A stretch of 64,000 nt of DNA from Selaginella moellendorffii (taxonomy: Eukaryota; Plantae; Lycopodiophyta), in contig NW_003314302.1 in the NCBI RefSeq assembly GCF_000143415.4, positions 539,476 to 603,475 of the forward strand, read 5' to 3'. This document shows, in pieces, positions 1 through 13,019 of the stretch (positions are counted from its first letter, which is position 1; each line of letters opens with the position of its first letter). Made by a program: the position numbers and the translations under genes. Under the pieces are notes generated by a model. The model was not told where the DNA came from. It saw only the letters and a program-made list of their open reading frames with translations, and made no database searches.

Positions 1-635
1 AGACGGAACTGCGATATGGCACTCCTAGTACTAAGGGTGACTAAGGATGAAATCTTAAAGCTTGCATTCCTCTAGGGAGGGGCTGTAGGGGGTTTCCAAA
101 TGTATAGTAGGATAGTGGGTAGGTCAGGCATGGCTGACCAACCTAATGCACAATTTAGCTTCCACTTACATGTTTGTCTTTGTTCTGTATCCGGCTTGGG
201 TCTAAGCTTAAGTTCCACACAATGATAGTTGGTGGAATACCTATATCCTCATATTAGACCACTGGTATGCTAAAATAACATAAAACTTTGTTTAGCTTTT
301 TTTTGCATGTTGGTCTTAGCATTGGGATGTGGGATGCTTTAGGATTGTTCTAAGTCGCTCTATATTCCTGTCCTTTTGCTCCTTGGGCTGAATGGTTAGG
401 AGTCACTCCATGCTCAGATTCTTTCGCTCCTTATCTCCATGTTTAGGAGTTTGGCTCTGTTCCTTCATTCAGTGACCCAAGGCTTTGAAACTCAAGTTCT
501 GCTCCGCTGTTATTAGACACATAGTATGTGGCACGTGGCATATGACACATGTCATATGAAGGGTTTAGGTTCTACTTCATGATTATCCTATGGTAAATCA
601 CCATAGGATAAAGAGTGAAAACCACATGTGCTACA
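1..635 (+). mobile_element. 3' part of a degraded LTR (family A), cut by the window edge
   Basis: Colinear with LTR 13020-14129 from about 13490 onward. Ends in the family terminus ...AAAACCACATGTGCTACA. Confidence 0.85.
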
Positions 636-2050
636 ATATCGAACCTTTTAGGTTTAAGTGATAGAAGCTGAGGGTGATGGTGACCTAGTTCAAATTGGTG
701 ATAGGGTTGATCCTATACTAAAGGAAATATTAGAGTTGTTAGTGTTGAATCAAGATATCTTTCCAAAGGATTTGCCACCAGGGCTACTTCCTAGCTGTGA
801 GGTTGATTATCGGATTGAGATTATTTTAGGTTATAAACCACCTACAAAGGCTCCATATCATTTAAACATCAAGGAGATGGCTGAACTCAAGAAGCAATTC
901 ACAAAGCTTCTTAACAAAGGTCATATTCGACCAAGCAAGTCACTTTGTGGAGCACTGGTCCTTTTTATTATGAAAAAGGATAGTTATTATCAATTATCAA
1001 GCTTTTAACAAGATCATGGTCAAAAACAATTATCCTTTGCCTTGCATTGATGATTTGTTTGACCAACTCTTAAAAGCTAAGTATTTTATATGACTTTATT
1101 TACAATTTGGGTATCATTAAATACAAGTGGTAGATCAGGATGTGGAGAAAACAATCTTTAAGACTTGGTATGAATCCTATTAGTTCCTTGTTATGCCATT
1201 TGGGATATGTAATGTTCTAACAACATTCAGTACAATGATGGATAGAATATTTAGAGATTATTTGGACACATTTGTTGTTTTATATATCAATAATGTTTTA
1301 GTCTTCAATAAAACATTAGAGGATCATTTGAAACACTTGGAGCTGGGGTTTCAAAAGTTATGTGGGCACAAACTATATGCTTAGGAAAATAAATGTGCTT
1401 TTGGACAATTGCACATGAACTTTCTTGGGCATATAATTGGTGGTGGCATAATTGAGGTGGGTCCAAAGAAGGTGGAAATAGTGAAGTCTTGAGAAGTTCC
1501 AACCACTGTATTAGATGTTAATTCCTTTCTCAATTTGGTGGGATACTATCTCAAGTTTGTTCACAATTTTGCAAGTATTATTCTTCCATTGATTGAGTTA
1601 ACAAAGGGTAGTATACTGCTTTATTGGACACTAGCTTATCAATATGCTTTTGTATGGTTAAAGGAGATCTTGACTATAGTTTCTATTCTCAGGATCTTAG
1701 TTCTTGATAAACCCTTCAAAGTGCATTATGGTGCATTTTGCTATGCTATAGGTGTTGTGTTGTAGCAAGATTGTGTAATGTTACACTAAGGTGAGGTGGT
1801 TGTTTCATTATGTTTTATTCCAAAAAATTGGATGAAACCCAACAAAAATGGTCAACACACAAGAAAGAAATGTTTGCTATAGTGTTGGTATTGAAACATT
1901 GGAGACACTGCTTGGATGGACAAACTAAAGTTTATATGGATAGTAACACATTGAGTTGCTTTACTACGTAGCCAAAGTTTACGTCAAAGTAGGCTTGTTG
2001 GCAAAAGAAGTTTGCTAGATTTGATATTGAAATCATTTATAAACTTTAAA
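636..2050 (+). pseudogene. Degraded Ty3/gypsy pol (RT-RNaseH)
   Basis: Motifs FPKDLPPGL, PSKS, MPFG, VVLYINNVL (decayed YxDD), FYSKKL and LKHWRHCL, broken by many stops and frameshifts. Confidence 0.9.
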
Positions 2051-2645
2051 TGTATATTAGGGATAATGGGTAGGTCTGGCATGGTCAATCAATCAACTTG
2101 AGGCATAGTTTAGCTCTCACTTGTGTGCTTGTCCTTGTTTTGCATCCAACTTGGGTCTAAGCCTATGTTCCACACCATATTAATTAGTGGAGTACCCATA
2201 TCTTTGTATTAGGATATCAATATGCTAGAATAGCATTAGACTCCATTTAGCTTTATTTTGCATGTTGGTCCTGGCATTGGGATATTGAAAGCTCTAAGAT
2301 TGTTTTAATATCGCTCTGCATTAGATCACCAGTATATTGAAATAACGCCAGACTCTGTTTGGCTCTATTTGTGTGTTAGTCCTGGCATTGGGATGTTAAA
2401 AGTTCTAGGATTGTTCCAATATCACTCCATCTTCCTGTCCCTTCACTCCTTAGGCTGAACACTTAGGAGTTGTTTTGTGCTCTAGCTCCTTTGCTTTTTG
2501 GTTATAAACTTAGGAGTTTGGCTTTGTTCCTTCATTCAATGGCCTAATGCCGAAACTCTGGTTCCACTCCGCTATCATGAGACACGTAATATGTGGCATA
2601 TGGCATATGACATATGGCATATAGAGGGTTTAGGTTCTATTTCGT
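2050..2645 (+). mobile_element. Family A LTR fragment with an internal ~110-bp tandem duplication
   Basis: Matches LTR 13600-14075. Segment ~2205-2320 is repeated at ~2320-2430. Confidence 0.75.
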
Positions 2646-2905
2646 TTGGAACTCATGCTACTAAAAAAAGGTGATAACTTGAAAATGTTGCCATTATAGG
2701 AGGATGGAATGTTGCTCATGGGCATATACAAAAACAAATGCACATCGACTAAAAGGTAGGAAAATTTGAAAGCATTACTATTACTGAAAATACAACTAGT
2801 GAATTTGGGGTTGACACTAGCATGACTTCTCAACTTAAAGTAGAAGAGGAGGAGAGGATGATAACTAACTTTTGCTTCACATTCACATTGGCCAGAGTGC
2901 ATCTT

Positions 2906-4044
2906 TGTAGTGCACGTGGTTTTTACCTTTTATTCTATGGTGATTTACCATAGAATACCACGAAGCAGAACCTAAACCCTTTATGTGCCATGTGTCATAT
3001 GCCACATGCCATATGCTACGTGTCTAAAGGACAGTGGTGTGAAACCCGAGTTTCAAGGCCTTTAGCCATTGAATGAAGATACAAAGCCAAACTCATAAAC
3101 ATGGAACCAAAGAGCAATAGAACTGAACCACGGAGCAACTTCTAAACATATAGCCCAAAAAGCAAAGGGACAGGAGTATGGAGCGACTTAGAATAATCCT
3201 AAAGCATCTAACATCCTAATGCCAGGACTAACATGCAAAACAGAGCCAAATAGAGTTTGGCGTTATTTTGGCATACCGGTAGCCTAACACTAGGATATGA
3301 GTATTTCACCAACTAGCATGGTATAGAATTTGGGCTTAGACCAAGCCGGATGCAGAACAAAGAGAGGCACGCAAGCAAGAGCTAGACTATGCTTCAAGTT
3401 GGTCAGCCATGTCTAACGTACCCACTATCTCTACTATATATTTGGACCCCCTATAGCCCCGCCCCCCCTAAGGAACACATGCTTTGAGCTTTCACCCCAA
3501 GCTTCCCTTAGTACCAAAAGTTAGTCTTTGGGACAAGCTTGAAACTTATTAAATATAGAATATCCCTAGATTGTGAATTTCACCACGGGACAAACACCAT
3601 TGTGTTTAGGTCAATCTCTACATTCCATAGATATACCAAATGAGCAAATCTAGACACTTTCCATAATTAGCATTTGGGACCGAAATAAGACTCACACAAA
3701 GGGTATGATAGCAAGGGTGTTTGGCAAACATGATAAGCTATCATCCAGCGATATTAAGGGATTAGTCTCAATACACAAAGATTCTTGTCATTAGCTAGTG
3801 CAAGATACAACAAGACGGGAACTCCTTACCGAGCTAAGTATGCTTAGATAATAGCATGTAAGAATTCCGTCCTTATGCTCGTCCAGTCTAAGTACACTCG
3901 AAATGCCTAATTAACTCCATTAGCACAAAAGGGACTAATAAAGGGTCTAGCAATACTAGCCTCTTGCCATCGTGGCAGTAAAGAAAAAATATCCAAAAGG
4001 ACTAACCGACAGATAACTTTTGATACTCGAAGGCATTCGGGACA
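2906..4044 (-). repeat. 3' LTR of the 2906-16533 element
   Basis: Reverse complement of the family A LTR, next to the PPT. Confidence 0.9.
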
Positions 4045-7000
4045 CTCTCCCCCCCTTAGGGAAGATCGACATCCTCGTCGATGCATACTCCAGTCTAGAC
4101 CACCAATAAGGAAACAACTCTAGAAAAAGTTCACAGTGATCATACTATATGATAAATACACCAACTTAAATGAGTTAAGGTAACCTTTTTGTTTAACGTG
4201 GATGCGCTACCAACTCAAACACCTTTTGGCCATCGCCGACAAAGAAATGACCAACGAAATTAGCCACCCCTGCTGCTTTAGTTGTCACCTAGCTTACAAA
4301 AGTGTGATACACCCCTACTCACAAGTGGTATAGAGAGAGAAGCCAGAGGCCCCAACCCTCTTAAGTAAAGAAACTAAACCTGTTAGTAAGGTTTAGATAG
4401 ACTACTATAAACAAGTAGTTGGAGTTGTTTACATAGTCACGCCCTTTTAAAGAAATAAAGAACATTGACAGAGAGACGGGTGATATGATCAGTTGATAGT
4501 AGCTACCCTATGACTAAATATTTCACCATGCACACGAAGTGCCAAAACCAATCTGTGCCTATATTGGCCCAAACTCAAAGATCAATAAATGGACAATATC
4601 AAAGTCATAGACAATGATAGCTTAAAGACTTAATTATTAATGAATAAATCTTTGATTAGAACACAAAAGTATTCTAAGTAAGTTATCATCCGATAAACCA
4701 ATATTATAGTATAGGAACCACCAAGATCAACATGATTGGAAAATATAGAATTAACCATCCAATAATATTCAATAGTTAGTGTGTTATCAAGAAAACTTAA
4801 TGATAAAACTTAACTATCAAATATTGCAAATAGCATGCTAAACAATTTACATAAGACAACTAAAAGAACACAAAGTATCATCAACTTGGCAAGCAAAATG
4901 CTCGCGAATGTATTGCTAAAAGAAATAACATCCAATCTATCAAAAACAATTGTAATAATAATCAATAAAATAGAATGAATGTTCCAAAGAAAACAAACAT
5001 TCATTCATACCAACCATCGCACTAACCAATTTCAATAGATCCCAGTCAACAACACCAAGAAATTAGAGTTGCTCAAGTAGGTGCCAGCAATATTCTACTG
5101 ATGTTTCAAACCCAATAGACCAATCTAGAGTAAACCATAAAGAATATGTGGTAATGCGAAAAGTTAAAAGCCATCAAAGAGAATAACTAACTATCATGAA
5201 AGATTATTAATCTTCCTATCAATGATGAGATGCATAATCATCGTTGAAGAAAGAATCAACCATTCCAAAGAACGGCAAATCGTTCTATATCAACAACAAT
5301 TAAGAAAAACTTTTGACAAGGATAATCAACTATCCTTGATGATAATCAATCATCACCAATGAGTGCCAGATACAATTACTAACTTCATCATCGAAGTTAA
5401 TGAGCTAAAAATGCCTTCCTCAACAACTCTTGCAAATGGAACAATAAGCATCAAAAACTCAAGATACCAAAACCTTGAAGAAATTTATAACCAAATTGTG
5501 CCTAACAATGTTTATGAGTCTTGCATGAACTAACTTCAATATTAAAAAAGAAATCATGGTATAACCCACAATATCCTCCTCAACATATCTATAAGCCAAA
5601 TTTTATAATGCCAAAGCTAATGAAGAGCATGTCTACATCAACTCAAAAGCCAAGCTCAACAAAACTATGCTCAACAAGTGATCATCAATGATCCTTCATA
5701 AATTCATTTATAGCAAAACATAACTCACTTCATAATAATATAAGAAAAATCATTAATGATCAATATCCCCAACTCAAATCCAACAAAGAACTAACATTCA
5801 ATATCAATCATTAACTCTTCCTCTCATAAAGTTAGTATAGTTCACGACTAAATCACTTTTTAAGGAAAAACTCAAAACTCAACCCTGACTAAGCAATTTC
5901 ATCTAGAACACAACTAACTCAACTTGCCACTCAGTTCATTTGAACATCAATACAGTTGTTAACTAACAGATGCATAGATGCCAATAACACAAAGCTATAG
6001 CCAAATTATCAACATTATCTATATCAAGATTAATGAAACTCAATATCAATCCTATGGAGAGACATCTCATTTCATTCAAATCTCAACAACAACAATGTCA
6101 ACAACAAAGCATCACTTCAATGACATCAACATCATAATAAAGCTAAAAGAAAGCAAAAGTGAATCACCATTCAAAACTCTTTAGCAACCAAGCTAAGTAT
6201 CTGAGACTAATCCTTCAACAATACTTAGCTATAGATAACACATCATCAAGAAGTGATTTACCACGTCTAAGACTCAATGAAATCCAACACCATAAACTAA
6301 ACACAACCAAATGATATCGATAGAGCTATAATTGATATACCAATATGGAAAACCATATAAGCTTATGATATAATCCTCTATAACACCATCCAGTAAAGCA
6401 AGCCCATCACTAATAAATCATCATCGAAAGAAGCAAGTGTTAATAGTCCTCGACAAAGTTTATAAATAATCACTAGTCACAAAGTAATTAATAATCACTC
6501 TTCAACTTGCTTTCACAAGACCCAAACACTAAACTCATGTCATCGAGTTATATACTTGTTCAACAAGAAGGTAACACCCCAAGTACATAGACAAGCACGA
6601 ACTAATGACCACTCAAATCCAACTCAACCACAATAAACTCATCAATACGTATAGCCAATAGCTCTAATCATCCCTTGAAGAGACTAGCAATGCATGATCA
6701 ACACTTAGCTGAAATTGAAGTGAAAACCATGAGATGGACTTATATTGGTACACAATCTCCTCCTAGACAAAGTTATAATATGGGTACTAACATCTCAATT
6801 TCAAACAACTAAGTTAGACATCACCATCCTCAACCAAGGTGCAAGGCTACCAAGACCTTGGTTAAGATCAGTGAGAGCTCACTACTTTCATACAGTTTAA
6901 TGAAATGCAAAATACAACTTGCCTCTTAGCATAACACTATAAAAGAAAAGCACAAGTGTTATCCTTCTTTGAAAAGCACAATAGCCACTTTTCTATACCA

Positions 7001-7671
7001 ACTCCAAACTCTATTCAATTCAATTGCTTTAACCCCAAAAGTTAGCATCCCTTTTGAGCCATATCATACAAACTACCTATTAAGATCTAAGCCAACCGAA
7101 GTCAACTCTAACCCCTTCATTAGTTTATATTAACATACAAAAATGGAATGGTCTATAGGCAAAATGATCAATAGATTAACCATTGGAAAAGTTTAAGAAA
7201 ATTTGTGGAAAATGTTCCATCCTAAAGGAAGAATGACTCTCAATCCAGAAATGCAAACTTTCAAAACTCAACCAACTTCCTTCTACCAACAACTTCACAT
7301 ATGTTAACCTCAACACAAGTTCTCATGACCATAATATGTTTAAGCATCAAACATCTTTGCCCATATTTCCGACATCTAACACTAATATCTACAAAATGTA
7401 AAAATGAACATTTAAGGCTTGATCATAAAGACCACATTTTCGAATATCCACATTGCACTAACACTTTTTTTCAATCACCTTCAAGATCCAATATAAAACC
7501 AAAACACTAACAAGAAAAATGACATGGAAAATCAAGGTTTAAAGAGAATTTTTCATCACTCAAAATAACAATGCCACTTCCACTAACACAAGTGCTAATA
7601 ATGTCAATGCTTTAACTTCATACCTTCTCCATCCAACAATCTATTCCAAGTGTGTCGCGAATGTGACCTCG

Positions 7672-10410
7672 NNNNNNNNNNNNNNNNNNNNNNNNNNNNN
7701 NNNNNNNNNNNNNNNNNNNNNNNNNNNNNNNNNNNNNNNNNNNNNNNNNNNNNNNNNNNNNNNNNNNNNNNCTTTTCTTCGATTGAACTGAAGGCAGTGC
7801 GAAAACAAGCTTGAGGTTTGGTCAAAGATGAGACCGAAAAGAGAGTCATCGGGGACGGAGGATCAAATACGTAAATCATTTTCTCTTTTTGGAGAGATGA
7901 TTTGCAACGAGGTGTTAACTCATTGCTTGTGTTCACATCATGCAATCAAGAGTCCCTATCTTGATGCATGTTGGAGATGGTGGCCTTACAATGGTGAGTT
8001 GTGGGATGGATAGCGGTGAAGTGCTATACCATTTTGTCTAGGCTTGCTATTGGAAGACTTGGGTTGCAATGCTCAATTCTTTTCCGGGGAACCTTGCTAT
8101 TGCTCCTTGTGTAGCTTGGTGTTGGATTAGTTTTGAGATTGGTCAGAAAGAGAGTGGCATGAGCTTGTCCATGTTGTGAACAAAAGTTAGTGGTGTTGGG
8201 TGTTGTAAATCTTTATCGGTGAAGTGTGACACTTGTGTTGCATTTTGTCGAATCGAGTTGGCACTTGATACTTACATAAACCTTGTAGTATTAACATGGG
8301 CATTGCTTGTAGTGTTGCTCAATTGATGATCAAGTCATTGTGATTTTATATCATATCCATGTGATAGTGAGCAATGTGTTTACGAAGTTGCTTGGGTAAA
8401 TGATGATCAACCCCAAAGTGGTTGATGGTGAAGCTAGTCTACTTGCATGAAGTAGCATTATAGTAGCTTTGACTAAATTTTTTATGATGGTCCATTATGC
8501 TAAGCTTAAGTTGGCACCTTGTTTCCTTGAGTTTGCCCATTAGGTGTTGGAAAAGGGGTTATAGCATTCACTTGCTATGGCTTGTCGGTTGATCCGTTAA
8601 CACTTGGAGTAAATTGTTAGATGGAGAAGGTGTGTAGTTGAGGCATTAACATCACTAGCACTAGTGTTGGTGGAAGTGGCATTGTTANNNNNNNNNNNNN
8701 NNNNNNNNNNNNNNNNNNNNNNNNNNNNNNNNNNNNNNNNNNNNNNNNNNNNNNNNNNNNNNNNNNNNNNNNNNNNNNNNNNNNNNNCTGCCGCGATGGT
8801 AGGAGGTCGGTATTGCTGGACCCGTTATCAGTTCCTTCTTGAGCACTTAGATTGGATAAACATAAGGTAGAAACCCTATGTGTTTCTTGCTGAGCATACT
8901 CGGCCTGGTTTGAGAAACTTGAGTCATTGGCTTGCACTTGCTAGTATCAAGAATCCCCGCGATATTGAGATTGGTCCCTCAACATTGCTAGATGATAGCT
9001 TACCGTGTCTACCAAACACCCTCGCTATCATGCCCTTTGTGTTAGTCTCAATTCGTCCCAGATGCTATTTATAGAAAGTGTCCAGATTTGCTCATTTGGC
9101 ATATCTACGGAATGTAGAGATCGTCCTGAACACAATGGTGTTCGTCCCGTGTCCAATTTCACAATCTAGGGACATTCCATATTTAGTAAGTTTTGAGCTT
9201 GTCCCAAAGACTAACTCCTAATACTAAGGGAGGCTTGGGGTGAAAGCCCAAAGCGTGTGTTCCTCAAGGGGGGGGCGCTATGGGGGGTTCCAAATGTATA
9301 GTAGGGATAGTGGGTAGGTCGGGCATGGTCGACCAACCTGAGGCATAGTCTAGCTCCCGCTTGCGTGCCTGTCTTTGTTCTGCGTCCGGCTTGGGTCTAA
9401 GCCGAAGTTCCATTCCATGCTAGCTGGTGGAGTACCCATGTCCTCATGTTAGGCCACCGGTATGCCGAAATAGCGCCAGACTCCATTGGGCTCCGTTTTG
9501 CATGCTGGTCCTGGCATTGGGATTCTGGTTGCTCTAGGACTGTTCCAAGTCACTCCGGGCTCCTGTCCCTTCGCTCCTTGGGCTATATGCTCGGGAGTTG
9601 CTCCATGGTTCGGTTCCATCACTTCTTAGCTCCATGCTTGGGAGTTTGGCACCGTTCCTTCGTTCAGTGGCCCAAAGCCCTGAACCTTGGGTTCCACACC
9701 ACGTTCCTTTGGACACGTGGCATGTGACACGTGGCATCTGTCACGTGGCACAAAGAGGGTTTAGGTTTCGCTTCGTGGTGTTATCCTATGGTAAATCACC
9801 ATAGGATAAAAGGTAAAAACCACGTGCACTACATTTGGTATCAGAGGAAGAGTCTCGGCGAGAACTATCCAATGAGATTGGGCAACTAGTCTCATTGCAT
9901 ACACAGAGATGAAAACGATGATCCGAGTGGGTACACGTTTTGGGCANNNNNNNNNNNNNNNNNNNNNNNNNNNNNNNNNNNNNNNNNNNNNNNNNNNNNN
10001 NNNNNNNNNNNNNNNNNNNNNNNNNNNNNNNNNNNNNNNNNNNNNNNNNNNNNNNNNNNNNNNNNNNNNNNNNNNNNNNNNNNNNNNNNNNNNNNNNNNN
10101 NNNNNNNNNNNNNNNNNNNNNNNNNNNNNNNNNNNNNNNNNNNNNNNNNNNNNNNNNNNNNNNNNNNNNNNNNNNNNNNNNNNNNNNNNNNNNNNNNNNN
10201 NNNNNNNNNNNNNNNNNNNNNNNNNNNNNNNNNNNNNNNNNNNNNNNNNNNNNNNNNNNNNNNNNNNNNNNNNNNNNNNNNNNNNNNNNNNNNNNNNNNN
10301 NNNNNNNNNNNNNNNNNNNNNNNNNNNNNNNNNNNNNNNNNNNNNNNNNNNNNNNNNNNNNNNNNNNNNNNNNNNNNNNNNNNNNNNNNNNNNNNNNNNN
10401 NNNNNNNNNN
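7672..10410. other. Assembly gaps (N runs 7672-7771, 8688-8787, 9947-10410)
   Basis: Seen directly in the sequence. Confidence 1.
9836..9846 (+). promoter_or_regulatory. Primer-binding site (initiator tRNA-Met)
   Basis: TGGTATCAGAG, 2 nt after the LTR terminal CA. Confidence 0.9.
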
Positions 10411-13019
10411 CGAGTGGTCATTTAGTTTGTGCTTGTCTATGAACTTTTATCTCGTACTTGGGGTATTGTGTTCATGTTGGACAAGTATATAACTCGATGA
10501 CATGAGTTAGTGTTCGGGTCTTGTGAAGGCAAGTTGAAGGGTGATTGTTAGTTGCTTTGCGACTAGTGATTACTTGTAGACTATGTCAAAGGACTGTTGA
10601 TACTTGCTTTGCTCGATGATGATTTAGCAATGATGGGCTTGCTTTACCGGATGGTGTTGCGGAGGATCATGTCGTTAGACTTACATGAGTTTTTCATGTT
10701 GGCTTGTCGACTCTACCTTTGTTGATATCATTTGGTTACATTTAGTCCGTAGTGTTAGATTTCATTGAGTCTTGGACGTGGTGAATCACTCCTTAATGAA
10801 GTGTTATCTGTAACTGAGTTTTGTTGGAGGATTGGTCTTGGATACTGACTAAAGTATCTTCGACTTTGGTTAGCTTGGTTGCTGGAGAGTTTTGAGTGGT
10901 GATTCACTCGTGCTTTCTTTTAGCTTTGTTTTGGTGTTGATGGCATTGAAGTGATGCTTTGTTATTGACATTGTTGATATTGAGATCTGAGTGAAATGAG
11001 ATATCCTTCCAAGGATTGATATTGAGTTTCATTAGTCTTGATGAATATAGTGTTGATAATTTGGCTATAATTTTGTGTTGTTGGCATTTGTGCATTTGCT
11101 AGTTAGCAACTGTGTTGACGTTCAAACGAACTGAGTGGCAAGTTGAGTTAGTTGTGTTCTAGATAAGATTATTTAGTAGAGGGTTGAGCTTTAGTTTTTC
11201 CTTGAAAAGTGATTTAGTCGTGGACTATGCTAACTCTACGAGAGGAAGAGTTAGTGATCGATATTAGAATGTTGAGTCCTTGCTGGATTTGAGTTCGGGA
11301 TATAGCGATCATTAATAGTTCTTTTTGGGCTTGTTATGAAGTGAGTTATGTCTTGCTATAGATGGATTCATGGAGGATCGTTTGATGATCACTTGTTAAG
11401 CATAGCTTCGTTATACTTAGCTTTTGGATTGATGCAAATATGCTCTTCATTAGCTTTGGCATTATGAAGTTTGGCTTATGGATGTGTTAAGGAAGATATT
11501 GTAAGTTGCATCACAATTTCTTCTTTCACATTGAAGTTAGCTTTTATGAGACTTGTGATCATTATTAGGCAAGACTTGGCTATAAGCTTCTTTGAGCTTT
11601 GGTTCTTTGAGTTTTGTGCTCATTGTTCCATTTGTTAGAAGTTGTTGGGGAAGGCATTTTGGCTCATTAGCTTCGATGTTGAAGTTGGCTTTTGCATCTA
11701 GCAATCATTGGTGATGATTGACTATCATCTAAGAAAGTTGATTATCCTTGTCGAAGGTTTTGCTTGATTATCGTTGATTTAGAATGATTTGCCATTCTTC
11801 GGGATGGTGGATTCTTTCTTCAATGACGATTATGCATCTCTTTATTGATGGGATGATTGATGATCTTTCATGATGGTTAGTTGTTCTTTTTGATGGCTTA
11901 TGGCTTTTCGCAATACCACATGTTCTTTGTGGTTTGCTCTAGATTGGTCTCTTGGGTTTGAGACATCAGTAGGATGTTGCTAACACTTGCTTGAGCAACT
12001 CTGGTTCCATGGTATTGTTGACTGAGATCTATTTAGATTTGCTAGTGCAATAGTTGATATGAACAAGTGTTTGTTTGCTTTGCAACATTCATTTTGTTCT
12101 GTTGATTATTGCTCGAGTTAGTTCTCATAGATTCGGATGTTATGGCCTTCGGGTGAAACATTTGCGAGCATTGTGCTTGTTACTCAATAATACTTTGTGT
12201 TCTTTGAGTTATGTTTTGTGAGTTGTTTGGCATGCTATCTGCCATTTTCGATAGTTAAGTTTCATTATTGAGGTTCCTTGATGATCTACTTGCTATTGAA
12301 TTTTGTTGGATGGTGATTCCTATGTTTATCAATTATAGTGAGTTGGTGGTTCCTGTACTGTAATATTAGTTTATCAGATGATAACTTCCTTGGAATACTT
12401 TTGTGTTCTAAACTAAGATATATTCACTGATAATTAAATCTCTCAGATATTGTTGTCTATAACTTTGATATAGTCCTTATATTGATCTTTGAGTTTGGGC
12501 CAGTATAGGCAGACTGGCTTCGGCACTTCGTGTGCATGGTGAAATCTCTAGTCATGGGGTAGCTGCTGTCGACTGGTCACATAACCTACCTCTCTGTCGA
12601 TGTTCCTTATTCCGTGAAAGGGCGTGACCGTGTAAACAACTCTACACTGCTTGTTGACAACAGTCTATCTAAACCTTACCTACGGGTTTGGTTTCTTTGC
12701 TCAAGAGGGTTGGGGCCTCTGGCTTTTCTCTCTATGTCCTTGCGGGCAGGGGCATATCACACTTTTGTAGCTGGGTGACACCCAGAGCAGCAAGGGTGGC
12801 TGACTCCGTTGGTCATTTCCTTGTCGGTGACGGCCGGAAGGTGTCTGAGCTAGTAGCGCATCCGCGTTAGACAAAGAGGTTACCCCCTAACTCATTTAAG
12901 TTGGTGCATTTCTCACATAGTGTGAGTACCGTGAACTTTTTATGAAGTTGTTTCCTTGGCGGTATTCTAGACTAGAGTATGCATCGATGAGGACGTCGAT
13001 CTTCCCAAGGGGGGGAGAG

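Noticed and set aside
7604-10442. ORFs containing long X runs
   Set aside because: Artefacts of translating through N gaps.
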